A stretch of 64,000 nt of DNA from Paramoeba atlantica (taxonomy: Eukaryota > Protista > Discosea): positions 496,001 through 560,000 of the forward strand of contig CDRNVI010000030.1 of assembly GCA_977017575.1 (NCBI GenBank), given 5' to 3'. The position numbers were made by a program, and so were the translations under genes. The notes beneath the pieces were generated by a model. It was given only the letters and a program-made list of their open reading frames with translations. It was not told the origin of the DNA and made no database searches. Below, in pieces: positions 1-10,385 of this stretch (position 1 is the first letter of the stretch; every line of letters starts with the position of its first letter).

Positions 1-612
1 GACGAAATCTTCCAACATATAATCGGATGCACAAAATGCGCAGGAATGAACGCAACAAGAAAGCATTCATCTCTTGTACGGTTCCTAGCAGATCTGTGCT
101 CTAAAGCGGGCCTCCCCTCTGTGATTGAACCGCGCATGCATGCTTCCTTTTACTGCACAAAATGCAAAGCGCACATTTCTCCAGAATCGATTGAGAAGCA
201 CCCTTGCCGTGCCCGAAGAATACGCTCTGGCCCCGACCTCGGTATTATGTGGCCACACATGGGCGAAGTACTGTATGACATCACCGTAGTTCACACCGGA
301 AGCTTAAGCTATCGGAAGATGACTGAAACACAGCTGTTGCAAAATGCGATTGAGAGGAAAAGGAAAAAGTACTTTGAATCCGGCGGGATCGAAGAAGATT
401 ACTTTAAGTGCATTGCAATGACCGAAAGTGGTTCTTTGCACGAACACACACGGAATCTCATAGCCTCCCTCGCTAAGAGAGCGAACCTTAACGTTCCTGA
501 AGTTCGTGAGGCATTTCAGCTTGAGATTGAAAAACTCAACGCTTATACAATTGTCTCACAGCTCCGTGACCTCCTACCGCGAGCTTCATGGCTCGGTTCT
601 ATGAAAGCTTGA
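1..612 (+). CDS. C-terminal part (zinc fingers + RLE) of group A1 CRE-like retrotransposon ORF, cut by window edge
   Basis: Matches the end of ORFs 10386-12683 and 18251-20548; contains CxxC..H..C, RSGPD and YDITVVH motifs. Confidence 0.9.
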   Translation, partial: DEIFQHIIGCTKCAGMNATRKHSSLVRFLADLCSKAGLPSVIEPRMHASFYCTKCKAHISPESIEKHPCRARRIRSGPDLGIMWPHMGEVLYDITVVHTGSLSYRKMTETQLLQNAIERKRKKYFESGGIEEDYFKCIAMTESGSLHEHTRNLIASLAKRANLNVPEVREAFQLEIEKLNAYTIVSQLRDLLPRASWLGSMKA

Positions 613-1123
613 AAAGGACGATAGGACACAAGTTTGCGTGATAATCTTTTTTGTTGGTGTTTCAGAAATGCGAAATATGAGTTTACGATATGAAATTTAG
701 GATACTATAACTGAAGTTCTAATTTTTGTGGATGGGGGTATTGCACGTCCTTTCCCAAGCATATTCCCCCATCCCCTGTTTATGCACCCCTCGTTTATAC
801 ACCCCCCAATAAATACTGTAACTTAAGGCAGGTTGAATTATTAGTTTTGGGCTACAACATATGGGAAGGTTATGTACACGACGTTGATGCGTCGTTGCAC
901 AATCTTTAGAGCGAAATGATATTTAGGTTCATCGTTCAGAAATTCTTCGGGTGCGTCTAGTGGCGTTGGTGCATTGATTTGTGTGGTGCAAACGGTGTGG
1001 TGTAATTGCTCGTGCGGTCTAGTAGCGCAGTCCTCTGCCTTCTTCGTTTCTTCTGCCTTTCGGCGAGCCGTTTCTTCTGCCTTCAGTCTTCTGCGTCGTT
1101 GCCCGTTAGGGGAGGGGGGGCAC

Positions 1124-1255
1124 TCGATGAATATTCATCGAACGCACTGTCCGTTCGATGAATATTCATCGAACAGGACATCCTGTTCGATGAATGGATT
1201 GCAGTACGACCCGTTCGATGAATCATTCATCGAACAGGACATCCTGTTCGATGAA
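1124..1255. repeat. Array of overlapping palindromes (GTTCGATGAATATTCATCGAAC units)
   Basis: Perfect 22-bp palindrome at 1153-1174 plus half and variant units with 9-10 nt spacers. Confidence 0.9.
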
Positions 1256-1456
1256 TGAAAACGCAATTTTTTTTTGTAAAAAAAAAGCTCGTTTCGGTCT
1301 GCATCATGCTCGTGGCTGCTACTTTGATCCGTAAGACAAAAACAAATCCGAAACGTTATCAAAAAGCGGAAGGATTCTTAAAACTATTGCCTCATAAGTT
1401 TACAAAGATAAAATCATAACTTACAAATACACAAACCTAGCAAAAGCAGGGACGCG

Positions 1457-3739
1457 TTGTTGGCACCCATCTTTTTAAAACTGCAATTTCAAAGTTCGGA
1501 AGATGCACCGATTATCGCAGGAATAGCCGTACAAGAATTAAGATGTGCAAGTAGACGACTGGCAAAAGGTGTGAGCCCTGGGCCTACAGGTACGACCGAC
1601 AGCATCGTTAGACTTCTCATAGACGACGAGCCATGTTGCAATAGTCTTTGTCACATGATGAGCGATCTGATCAACGGATTCCTATCTAGACAAGTTCTAC
1701 AGCGTCTAAATCGGGCAAGACTCGTAGCCATCGACAAGCCCAACGGGGGAGTACGCCCAGTAGCCATTGGAGAAATATTTAGCAAATTAGCTGGAATAAT
1801 TCTGCTGCAAAGATACGAAAAGTCACTGGAACCCCTCTTTGCACCAATGCAACAAGGCGTATTCTCTCAAGCGGGGTGCGAACGAATCGTACACAAGTTG
1901 CGGGACCGCTGGCTTGACGGACACTCAATCCTGACCGTGGATATGCAAAATGCATTCAACTCACCCTCACGAGAGGAAATTGCAAAGTGCGTTTTTGCTT
2001 TCGCTACACTGAAACCCTTTCAAAGGTTCTTTGCGGCCGAATATTCAAATGCTTCCGAACTTTTATTTTATGGCTCCGATGGCAGCCTGACGGACATTAT
2101 AATGAGCTCAGCAGGTGTAAGGCAAGGGTCCGCTCTGGCTAGTCTTTACTTTTGCGTATTCTGTCAACCAATACTCGAGACACTGGCCTCCGAATTTCCA
2201 GGTATTGAAATAAATGCATACATTGACGATATAACGTTAGTGTCTCGAGATTCAACCGAACTGGAGAAGGCATTCTTTAGGCTCAAAGGTCTCCTAGAAG
2301 AAAAACAGGTGAAACTAGCCGAGGCAAAATGCGTTTGGTTCAGAGGAAAATCCGGAAATTCCATACCGAATTCGCTGAGCACCCAAGGTGTAAAGTCGGA
2401 GGACGAAGCGGTCAAAGTACTCGGAGCGTATGTTGGAGAAAACAACACAATAAGTGAACGACTTTTGCGTCAACTAGAGAAGCAGGTCACAGCTTTTCGG
2501 CGGCTAAAACGAATGGGCATCAATAATATATCGATGATTCTTTTAGCAAAATGTGCCAATGTTCGTCAACAATACCTGATTCGTGTCCACCCGCCCGAAA
2601 CAACAGAGAAAGCATCATCACAATTCGATCATGAGGTTGAAAATGTGGTAGAGTCTTGGATTGGTCCACTCTCTCCCGATCAAATGAAAATTGTACGATT
2701 ACCCGTTAAGAAGGGAGGAATGGGTTTGACAGCGAGCAGTCCCCTTAGGGAGACGGCATATGTGGCATCCCACTACTCGGTTCTTGAGCGCCGAAACTCT
2801 TTTTCAGCTCGGATCGACAACGCGGTGCCATCACACCCGTCTATTCCTAAGAACTCGACAATGAAAGTCATACCAGTGGACGAAAAAGCTTCCACCAGCA
2901 TTCATCATGTCGAAGTATTGAAAGAGTTGCAAACGGATCCCGACATTAAGCCCATTCTACAAGCCACATCCTTCAAAGGAAACAGCGACTGGATCTTTTC
3001 CAACGCGAAGTACATCCCTTCCCATCTCTTCAAACTCGCGATTATGCCACGACTAAATGCCCAACACCCAGATCTACCTACCAGTCTATTGTGTCCAGGG
3101 TGCGGTATTCTCCTCAATAACCGAAACGCCCTCACCCATATCCCAGGCTGTGCTCAATGTTCAGGTATAAATACGACCGTGAAACATAACTCACTTGTCG
3201 GATTTTTACATCGTCTATGCGTGAAAGCAGGCATCCCATGTGAAACGGAACCTAGAAACTTTTCTACGTGGAAGTGCATCGCTTGCCGATCTACAATCAG
3301 TCCGGAAAACCAGTTGGTACATCAGAAGACTTGTGCAGGAAAAAAACTTTGTCGGTCTGGCCCCGATCTCGTGATCTATTGGAACACGGGTGCGGTCTTC
3401 TATGATCTGACAGTTATTCACGAACTCTCAATGTCTAATCGTGGAAAGAAATGCACACAGCTCATGAATGACGCGCTGCAGCGAAAGTCCAACACATATG
3501 TACGTACGAACTTAATTCGTGAAGACTCATTTCAATGTTTACCCGTACTGGCAGGAGGCGCTTTGCACCGCAATACGCAGAACTTGGTACACTCGCTAGC
3601 AGACGCGGCCATGCTAAACAGGAAACAGGTCGAACTCGAAATGAAGCTGACGATTCAGGAGCTTAATGGATTAGGGATTTATGCGCAGCTAAAGAAATAC
3701 TTAGACGGCTGCACGCAAACTCAAGAATATAGTATATAA
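1457..3739 (+). CDS. Group B CRE/SLACS-like non-LTR retrotransposon ORF (RT, zinc fingers, RLE), 5'-truncated
   Basis: RT motifs VRPVAIGE, VDMQNAFN, GVRQGS, AYIDD; CPGC..HIPGC; RSGPD..YDL; 3' UTR then poly(A) 3861-3885; first codons are junction-derived. Confidence 0.9.
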   Translation: MLAPIFLKLQFQSSEDAPIIAGIAVQELRCASRRLAKGVSPGPTGTTDSIVRLLIDDEPCCNSLCHMMSDLINGFLSRQVLQRLNRARLVAIDKPNGGVRPVAIGEIFSKLAGIILLQRYEKSLEPLFAPMQQGVFSQAGCERIVHKLRDRWLDGHSILTVDMQNAFNSPSREEIAKCVFAFATLKPFQRFFAAEYSNASELLFYGSDGSLTDIIMSSAGVRQGSALASLYFCVFCQPILETLASEFPGIEINAYIDDITLVSRDSTELEKAFFRLKGLLEEKQVKLAEAKCVWFRGKSGNSIPNSLSTQGVKSEDEAVKVLGAYVGENNTISERLLRQLEKQVTAFRRLKRMGINNISMILLAKCANVRQQYLIRVHPPETTEKASSQFDHEVENVVESWIGPLSPDQMKIVRLPVKKGGMGLTASSPLRETAYVASHYSVLERRNSFSARIDNAVPSHPSIPKNSTMKVIPVDEKASTSIHHVEVLKELQTDPDIKPILQATSFKGNSDWIFSNAKYIPSHLFKLAIMPRLNAQHPDLPTSLLCPGCGILLNNRNALTHIPGCAQCSGINTTVKHNSLVGFLHRLCVKAGIPCETEPRNFSTWKCIACRSTISPENQLVHQKTCAGKKLCRSGPDLVIYWNTGAVFYDLTVIHELSMSNRGKKCTQLMNDALQRKSNTYVRTNLIREDSFQCLPVLAGGALHRNTQNLVHSLADAAMLNRKQVELEMKLTIQELNGLGIYAQLKKYLDGCTQTQEYSI

Positions 3740-4042
3740 GTCCTAAACACAATATCACTATAAGCTGAGTCAGCTTATAAAATTATATAGATTTCATTTT
3801 CGGGATAGTTTCTCTTTGAAAATTGAGAGAAGGGGGGAAGGTGAACATTTCTCACGATGTAAAAAAAAAAAAAAAAAAAAAAAAATATTAGGTCCTTTCG
3901 AATATATTAGATACTGCTACTTCTGCATTGATTCTTCATCACGTTTGACAACAATTGGCGCGTATACAATAATTGATCCGGGAACTGTTCTTTTTTACTT
4001 TGAGGCTTTGCTGGTTTCGAGGGGACAAGTGTCATCAAAAAA

Positions 4043-4587
4043 TGATATATTGGTCAACCGGGGAAATATTTTATGATCTAACTGTGGTGCACGAGCTATC
4101 GAACTCCAATCAAGCGAAATCTTGTTCCCAGCTTCTTACAGATGCAATCAAGCGGAAACGGGATACATATGTGACATCCGGAAAAATTCCCGACTTCGCA
4201 TTTCAGTGCATCCCAGTGCTGTCCTGCGGCTCTCTTCATCAAAATACGAGATCTCTGTTGCATGTCCTATCCGACGCGGCACTCTTAAATCGTCGAGCAA
4301 CCGAAATGGAGTTCAAGCTCCTACTTCAGGAACTGAATGGGACGGAAGTGTACGCCCAGTTGCGGAACCACTTATCCCCGCAAGGCAGCAGCAGGTACAG
4401 CATTTGAGCCAAATGTATCAACATAGTTTCGTTTCTCAATGCCTATTAATGTATTATTATATACATAATATCTATAGCGAATTCCCACTCAAAAATATAT
4501 AAAAAGAATAAAAATTGCAAAGGAAGGCAATATTATCACTGCTTGCACTGATTCTTGAGGAGTTTCGTAAAAAAAAAAAAAAAAAAA
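4043..4587 (+). mobile_element. 3' end (RLE half, UTR, poly(A)) of a group B element
   Basis: IYWSTGEIFYDLTVVHEL...RYSI stop at 4407; poly(A) 4569-4587. Confidence 0.85.
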
Positions 4588-4593
4588 TCTAAA

Positions 4594-5290
4594 CTTTAAC
4601 GATAAGATACATCTTTAACGATAAAGATACAGTTTCTGTACCTTGTTGAATTATTTCCCCTTTTCTTCCATACACCATCTTCCAGACCATGGGAGGGCAC
4701 CCCCCTCAAATACACTCCTTTTTGTCGGCATCCCCCTTCCCCGTCTCGTCCCATCACCCCCCTGCGCCGCATCCCCCCACCTCACCCTCCCTCCGCAGTG
4801 CGCTTGCCCCCCTGTTGTGTTTCTCTCTCGCGTCCCCCACCCCCGTGTCAGCAGCCAAAAGTATACAATACTTGCTCACGGGGTGGGGGCAGAGTTCCTG
4901 GCAGATGGGCCCGTGCTTCGCCTCCTCTCGCCCCTGCGTCAGTCCCCCCGTGTCTCTCTCCGCGCTCTTCTCCCTCGGCGTGACGACGTCTTTGTGTTTC
5001 GTGGCCTCCACGTCTCCCACCCTCGTACGGCAACCAAAAGTATTTATTACTGCTAACGGGGTGGGAGCGGAGGTGCAGGACCATACGGGCCTGGGTGCAT
5101 GCGGATCGGTGAGTGGGGTAGGGAGTGGGGGAAGGGAAGTACGAGAGGGCTAAGAGGAGTAGGTGTGGAAAGTATGGGGAGTAAGGGAAAGTGAAGGGCC
5201 GTAAGTGTGGAAATTGTGGAAAAGTTGGACTCCATACATAAAAAGTTAGACTCAATACTATTCCCCCCAATTATTTGCAAAAAAAAAAAA
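4594..5290 (+). mobile_element. SL-led, poly(A)-tailed non-autonomous element (SINE-like, 'D')
   Basis: Starts with SL, ends with poly(A) 5279-5290, flanked by TCTAAA on both sides (4588-4593, 5291-5296); no RT ORF; 4 near-identical copies in window. Confidence 0.8.
4611..4648 (+). other. Spliced-leader-like exon
   Basis: ATCTTTAACGATAAAGATACAGTTTCTGTACCTTGTTG; shares CAGTTTCTGTAC..TTG with kinetoplastid/diplonemid SL; stuttered partial copy at 4594-4610. Confidence 0.8.
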
Positions 5291-5597
5291 TCTAAAGGAA
5301 CGAATCTTATTATTTTCATTAATAGATCTTGTGAAGGTAATCGAATTATTGATTGAGCGCCGGTCAATTTCGAGTTCCTTCTGTTCTTCTTCGGTCAGAT
5401 TGTCCACTGCTTCGGGTTTCGCGTTCTTTGGTAAGTGTGGTACACTTTCGCGTCGACGTATAGCTTTCCGGACTGTGAGTAGCGAATCGCGGGGCGCGTT
5501 CAGAAATTTATGCCAGACTGCTTCCTTCTCCGATGTCAGTTCTAGTCTTGGATAGTCTTTGATGATGGAACGAAAAATGGTAACTACGTGCACAGAG

Positions 5598-5634
5598 AAA
5601 GTTAGACTCAATACTATTCCCCACAATTATTTGC

Positions 5635-5662
<28 letters not shown>
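5598..5662 (+). mobile_element. Extremely 5'-truncated D-type 3' stub with poly(A)
   Basis: AAAGTTAGACTCAATACTATTCCCCACAATTATTTGC + A28; matches D 3' end. Confidence 0.75.
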
Positions 5663-5668
<6 letters not shown>

Positions 5669-5968
5669 GACGTCTGAATATCGTATGGTGTTTTTCCAGC
5701 GTTCGGATTAATTCGGATCCTATGCGCTGTTCCTCCCCAACGAATGCACCCAGTACTTTAATGACTTCGCTCTCTGTACGCACACCTTCTTCTTTGAGTG
5801 TTGATGGAATGGGGGCGTCGCTTTTCCCTTCAAACCAGATGCATTTTTCGTTATTGAGTTGAATTCCTTTAGTGAGAAGTTTTTTTTTTACAAACCGTCA
5901 CTTCGGTTATAGCGGGACATGCAACATATTGCAACATGAATCGTTTTGCCTTGGATTGGTTCTGGTCC

Positions 5969-6030
5969 TTTATAAAAAGTGTGTTCTTTATAAAAAGTGT
6001 GTTCTTTATAAAAAGTGTGTTCTTTATAAA
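5969..6030 (+). repeat. 18-nt tandem repeat ATAAAAAGTGTGTTCTTT
   Basis: About 3 copies here, 2 at ~13850-13893, and the reverse complement at ~61540-61584. Confidence 0.85.
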
Positions 6031-6149
6031 ATTTTGTTTAGTGTCACTGTCTGTGAACATTCATCTCAGTTTCTTTTCATAGACTTTCAGTCGTCTAAAC
6101 TTCAACTCTTATATCAATAGTCAACGCCTACCGAAAAACTCGCACGTGC

Positions 6150-6845
6150 CTAAAAAGCCGTATTGTCCACTTGAGTTGTGGCTATGTATTTGCGGAGTTG
6201 GGACATCACCACTGAACCGTTAAGTTCCTGTAGTCGAAGGGTGAAATCCTGTACTACGAAGTCCCGTTCGAGTCCACATGCATCAGCCAGGGTTGTGATA
6301 AGCGCTTTGGTGTTGCTGTGCATTGCACCGCCGGAGAGCATTGGTACACATTGGAATTGCTCATTAGGAATAAGCTTAGACGCCACGTATTTGGAGACTT
6401 TGCGTTTTATGGCATCACGGAAAAGCTGAGCGGTGCTACGTCCAACATTTGATTGCGATAGCTCGTGGACGATGGTGAAATCGTAGTATACATCTCCGCT
6501 TGCCCAATGAATCACGATATCTGGGCCCGAATGATAAAAAGATCCGGATCCGCAGGTTCTTAGGTGATGGGATTTGCCGTCGCCATCCACGCTTGCTCCA
6601 CATTTTGCGCAAGTATAGGTGGAGAACTGTCTGGGTTCCAGCTCACAGGGCAGACCTGATTTTATGCATAATTCATAAATATTCCGAACCATCCTGTTGT
6701 GCTTTGCCGTTGCGTTATTGCCTGAACATTTGACGCACCCGGACACGTGCGTGAGCGCTGTACGGGGGGTAAGTAATGCATGGCACCCTGGACACTGTAA
6801 ATTGGAGGGGAGGCTCGGATGTGCAATCCCAATGCGTGAGAAGCA
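6150..6845 (-). pseudogene. Group B zinc finger + RLE fragment (second copy 14013-~14708)
   Basis: QCPGCHALL..HVSGCVKC, KHN, EPR, CAKC, SGPD, YYDFT motifs. Confidence 0.85.
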
Positions 6846-7408
6846 GGGTTTGTAACCGGTGGTATGATTAGATCTCGAGTTGATGTGATTTTAATTTTCA
6901 GACTGCTACTTTTTTGGCTTTCGGGCGATGGATGCGGATTCGCTGGCGCGATAGAATTGTGGGCGGGAGGGGGAGAGAGTGGACGCGGCAATGGTGGACG
7001 GGACGGCTGAGCCCGCGTCGCTGTGTGGATCGGCTCGTGCGGCCGAGGAACTGAGGACGATCGTGACGAATTTACCGCCGCGTATGCCTCGTGAGCTAAA
7101 TTGGGGGAGAGTGGGCGAGGCAGTGGCGGAGTTGTTATCTGCGCCCGCGGCGATGTGTCGGACGGCGTGCGCAGCAGAGAAGGCAATCGCGGCAGCGGCG
7201 GAAGAGAAGTTCGTTGTGAGGGTGTCTTTCGTGGTGCTGAATGGGGTGGCTGTTGTTGTTGTGGCGGCGGCGGCGACGACGGTGGTGGGGGGGCACGGGT
7301 TTCCGATGGTTGTTCCTCCGGCTTTTTCTTTCGGCGTGTGGGCGGTAGCGGTTGGACAACGGGAGCTAATCCCGTTTCTTTCGCCCGGCTGCGGGTGAAC
7401 ATTCCCAT
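6846..7408 (-). pseudogene. 5' start of a CRE-like ORF (MGMFTRSRAK, Pro-rich), joined directly to the ZnF-RLE fragment without RT
   Basis: ATG at 7408; homologous to start at 55040; SL 3' remnant CCTTGTTG at 7441-7448; copy at ~14709-15271. Confidence 0.75.
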
Positions 7409-7448
7409 CAGTAAGACTAAAAAAAAAAAAACAACAACAACAACAAGG

Positions 7449-7885
7449 ATCAGGATCCAAGCATCATTGATCAGGATCCTCAGCATTGACGCCACGAAAC
7501 TCCACCGAGTCCCTAGGTACGAACCTCAAACCATGGAGAGTGCAGCAGGTGATGCTGAAGAAGTTGACCACGGAGTTGATTTAGAACCGCTACCGCCTTT
7601 CGCACAAATTGACTCGGCTTTCTCTGTGCACGTAGTTACCATTTTTCGTTCCATCATCAAAGACTATCCAAGACTAGAACTGACATCGGAGAAGGAAGCA
7701 GTCTGGCATAAATTTCTGAACGCGCCCCGCGATTCGCTACTCACAGTCCGGAAAGCTATACGTCGACGCGAAAGTGTACCACACTTACCAAAGAACGCGA
7801 AACCCGAAGCAGTGGACAATCTGACCGAAGAAGAACAGAAGGAACTCGAAATTGACCGGCGCTCAATCAATAATTCGATTACCTT
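7449..7885 (+). pseudogene. Fragment of group A ORF region upstream of RT
   Basis: DLEPLPPFAQID..HVVTIFR..KEAVWHKFLNAPRDSL, homologous to ORF 56281..57837. Confidence 0.75.
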
Positions 7886-7928
7886 CACAAGATCTATTAA
7901 TGAAAATAATAAGATTCGTTCCTTTAGA

Positions 7929-8626
7929 TTTTTTTTTTTTTGCAAATAATTGGGGGGAATAGTATTGAGTCTAACTTTTTATGTATGGAGTCCAACTTTT
8001 CCACAATTTCCACACTTACGGCCCTTCACTTTCCCTTACTCCCCATACTTTCCACACCTACTCCTCTTAGCCCTCTCGTACTTCCCTTCCCTCACTCCCT
8101 ACCCCACTCACCGATCCGCATGCACCCAGGCCCGTATGGTCCTGCACCTCCGCTCCCACCCCGTTAGCAGTAATAAATACTTTTGGTTGCCGTACGAGGG
8201 TGGGAGACGTGGAGGCCACGAAACACAAAGACGTCGTCACGCCGAGGGAGAAGAGCGCGGAGAGAGACACGGGGCGACTGACGCAGGGGCGAGAGGAGGC
8301 GAAGCACGGGCCCATCTGCCAGGAACTCTGCCCCCACCCCGTGAGCAAGTATTGTATACTTTTGGCTGCTGACACGGGGGTGGGGGACGCGAGAGAGAAA
8401 CACAACAGGGGGGCAAGCGCACTGCGGAGGGAGGGTGAGGTGGGGGGATGCGGCGCAGGGGGGTGATGGGACGAGACGGGGAAGGGGGATGCCGACAAAA
8501 AGGAGTGTATTTGAGGGGGGTGCCCTCCCATGGTCTGGAAGATGGTGTATGGAAGAAAAGGGGAAATAATTCAACAAGGTACAGAAACTGTATCTTTATC
8601 GTTAAAGATGTATCTTATCGTTAAAG
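7929..8626 (-). mobile_element. SL-led SINE-like element D (SL at 8572-8609)
   Basis: Reverse complement of 4594-5290, with TTTAGA duplicated at 7923-7928 and 8627-8632. Confidence 0.8.
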
Positions 8627-8632
8627 TTTAGA

Positions 8633-10287
8633 TTTTTTTTTTTTTTTTTACGAAACTCCTCAAGAATCAGTGCAAGCAGTGATAATATTGCCTTCCTTTG
8701 CAATTTTTATTCTTTTTATATATTTTTGAGTGGGAATTCGCTATAGATATTATGTATATAATAATACATTAATAGGCATTGAGAAACGAAACTATGTTGA
8801 TACATTTGGCTCAAATGCTGTACCTGCTGCTGCCTTGCGGGGATAAGTGGTTCCGCAACTGGGCGTACACTTCCGTCCCATTCAGTTCCTGAAGTAGGAG
8901 CTTGAACTCCATTTCGGTTGCTCGACGATTTAAGAGTGCCGCGTCGGATAGGACATGCAACAGAGATCTCGTATTTTGATGAAGAGAGCCGCAGGACAGC
9001 ACTGGGATGCACTGAAATGCGAAGTCGGGAATTTTTCCGGATGTCACATATGTATCCCGTTTCCGCTTGATTGCATCTGTAAGAAGCTGGGAACAAGATT
9101 TCGCTTGATTGGAGTTCGATAGCTCGTGCACCACAGTTAGATCATAAAATATTTCCCCGGTTGACCAATATATCATTTTTTGATGACACTTGTCCCCTCG
9201 AAACCAGCAAAGCCTCAAAGTAAAAAAGAACAGTTCCCGGATCAATTATTGTATACGCGCCAATTGTTGTCAAACGTGATGAAGAATCAATGCAGAAGTA
9301 GCAGTATCTAATATATTCGAAAGGACCTAATATATTCGAAGGCAACTAATCAATACTTATTTGTACGGAGATATACGTGTGGTAGTGAACTCTTTTAGAG
9401 TCGTAAACTCCCAATCCACTTTTCATCGGTGATGTAATCTCGGAGTTGAGACACTACCGTGTAAGCCGATAGCTTTTCAAGTTCCAGCTGAAAAGCCTCA
9501 CGCACGTTTTCATATTTTCGATTCGCGCGCTGAGCCAACGCCTTTAATAGTTGTTTTGTGTCGTTGTGCAACACACCACAATCTGAGGCGGCGATGCAAC
9601 GAAATGCCTCACTGTCCACACCTTTCTCTGTCACATATTTCTTGAACTTCCTTTCCTGGGCTTGCTGCAGTAGGTAGTTGCTTGTTTGTTTCTTGTAACT
9701 GTTGCAGCAAGTGTGAACCACTGTGAAATCATAGAGGACTTCTCCCATATGGGGCCACATGATAGCGAGGTCGGGGCCAGATCGAATCCTGCGCGCCTTA
9801 CATGGATGTTGGTCAGAAACCTCCGCAGAAATAGAGCATTTACACTTTGTACAATAAAATGAGGAGTGAATTCGCGGTTCGATAACACACGGAAGTCCTG
9901 CCTTCGCGCACAAGTCAGCTAGATAGCGCACGATGTGAGAGTGTTTACGAGTGCAGTTCATACCTGAGCATCTCGAGCATCCTGCGATATGTGGAATAAT
10001 ACTAGAAGATGTTTCTGGACCACAGCATCCCGGGCATACGACGTTTATATATATCACCAAATCAGGCCCTGAGCGAAACAGCTGACGTCCGGCACATGTT
10101 TTGTCATGAATCATTTTGTTGCTTGGAAACACTTTATTCTTGCAAATTCCGCATTGCCAAGTCGAAAAAGATCGCGGTTCTTTCTCACATTGTATACCGG
10201 CCTTTTGCGCCAAATCGAAGATATACTTAACCAGCCGATTGTGCTTCACTGTGGCATTAAGCCCTGTACATTGGACGCATCCGGGAA
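8633..10287 (-). mobile_element. Group B element 3' part interrupted by a 5'-truncated group A insert (9176-10048); copy at ~16495-18152
   Basis: In-frame chimeric ORF 9395..10249 (GPDLVIY|INVVCPGC); 8-bp TSD ATATATCA at 9168-9175 and 10049-10056; A6 tail. Confidence 0.85.
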
Positions 10288-10385
10288 CGCTCTAAATCCG
10301 GAACGCTCTAAAGGCAGCTCGCGCAGGGAATCTTGGCAAAGCAACCAGGGTTCTGGACAACGTCTATCTCGACTCCTCACTAAGT

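Larger units (their letters stand above)
3885..9333. repeat. Large inverted repeat: arms 3885-5601 and 7618-9333, ~2-kb spacer
   Basis: Mirrored ORFs (3973..4407 vs 8811..9245; 4643..5056 vs 8164..8577) with only a few substitutions. Confidence 0.9.

Noticed and set aside
1153-1174. tRNA or Pol III B-box (GTTCGA)
   Set aside because: No cloverleaf or A-box; the match is part of a palindrome
1124-1255. CRISPR array
   Set aside because: Spacers are only 8-18 nt and are reused, there are no cas genes, and the context is eukaryotic
4611-4700. Intact SL RNA gene
   Set aside because: No SL copy is followed by a GT donor and intron; each joins a different downstream sequence
4643-5367. Multiple 60-150 aa ORFs inside element D and the E 3' UTR copies
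   Set aside because: Overlapping frames in GC-rich repeats with no recognisable domain; treated as non-coding
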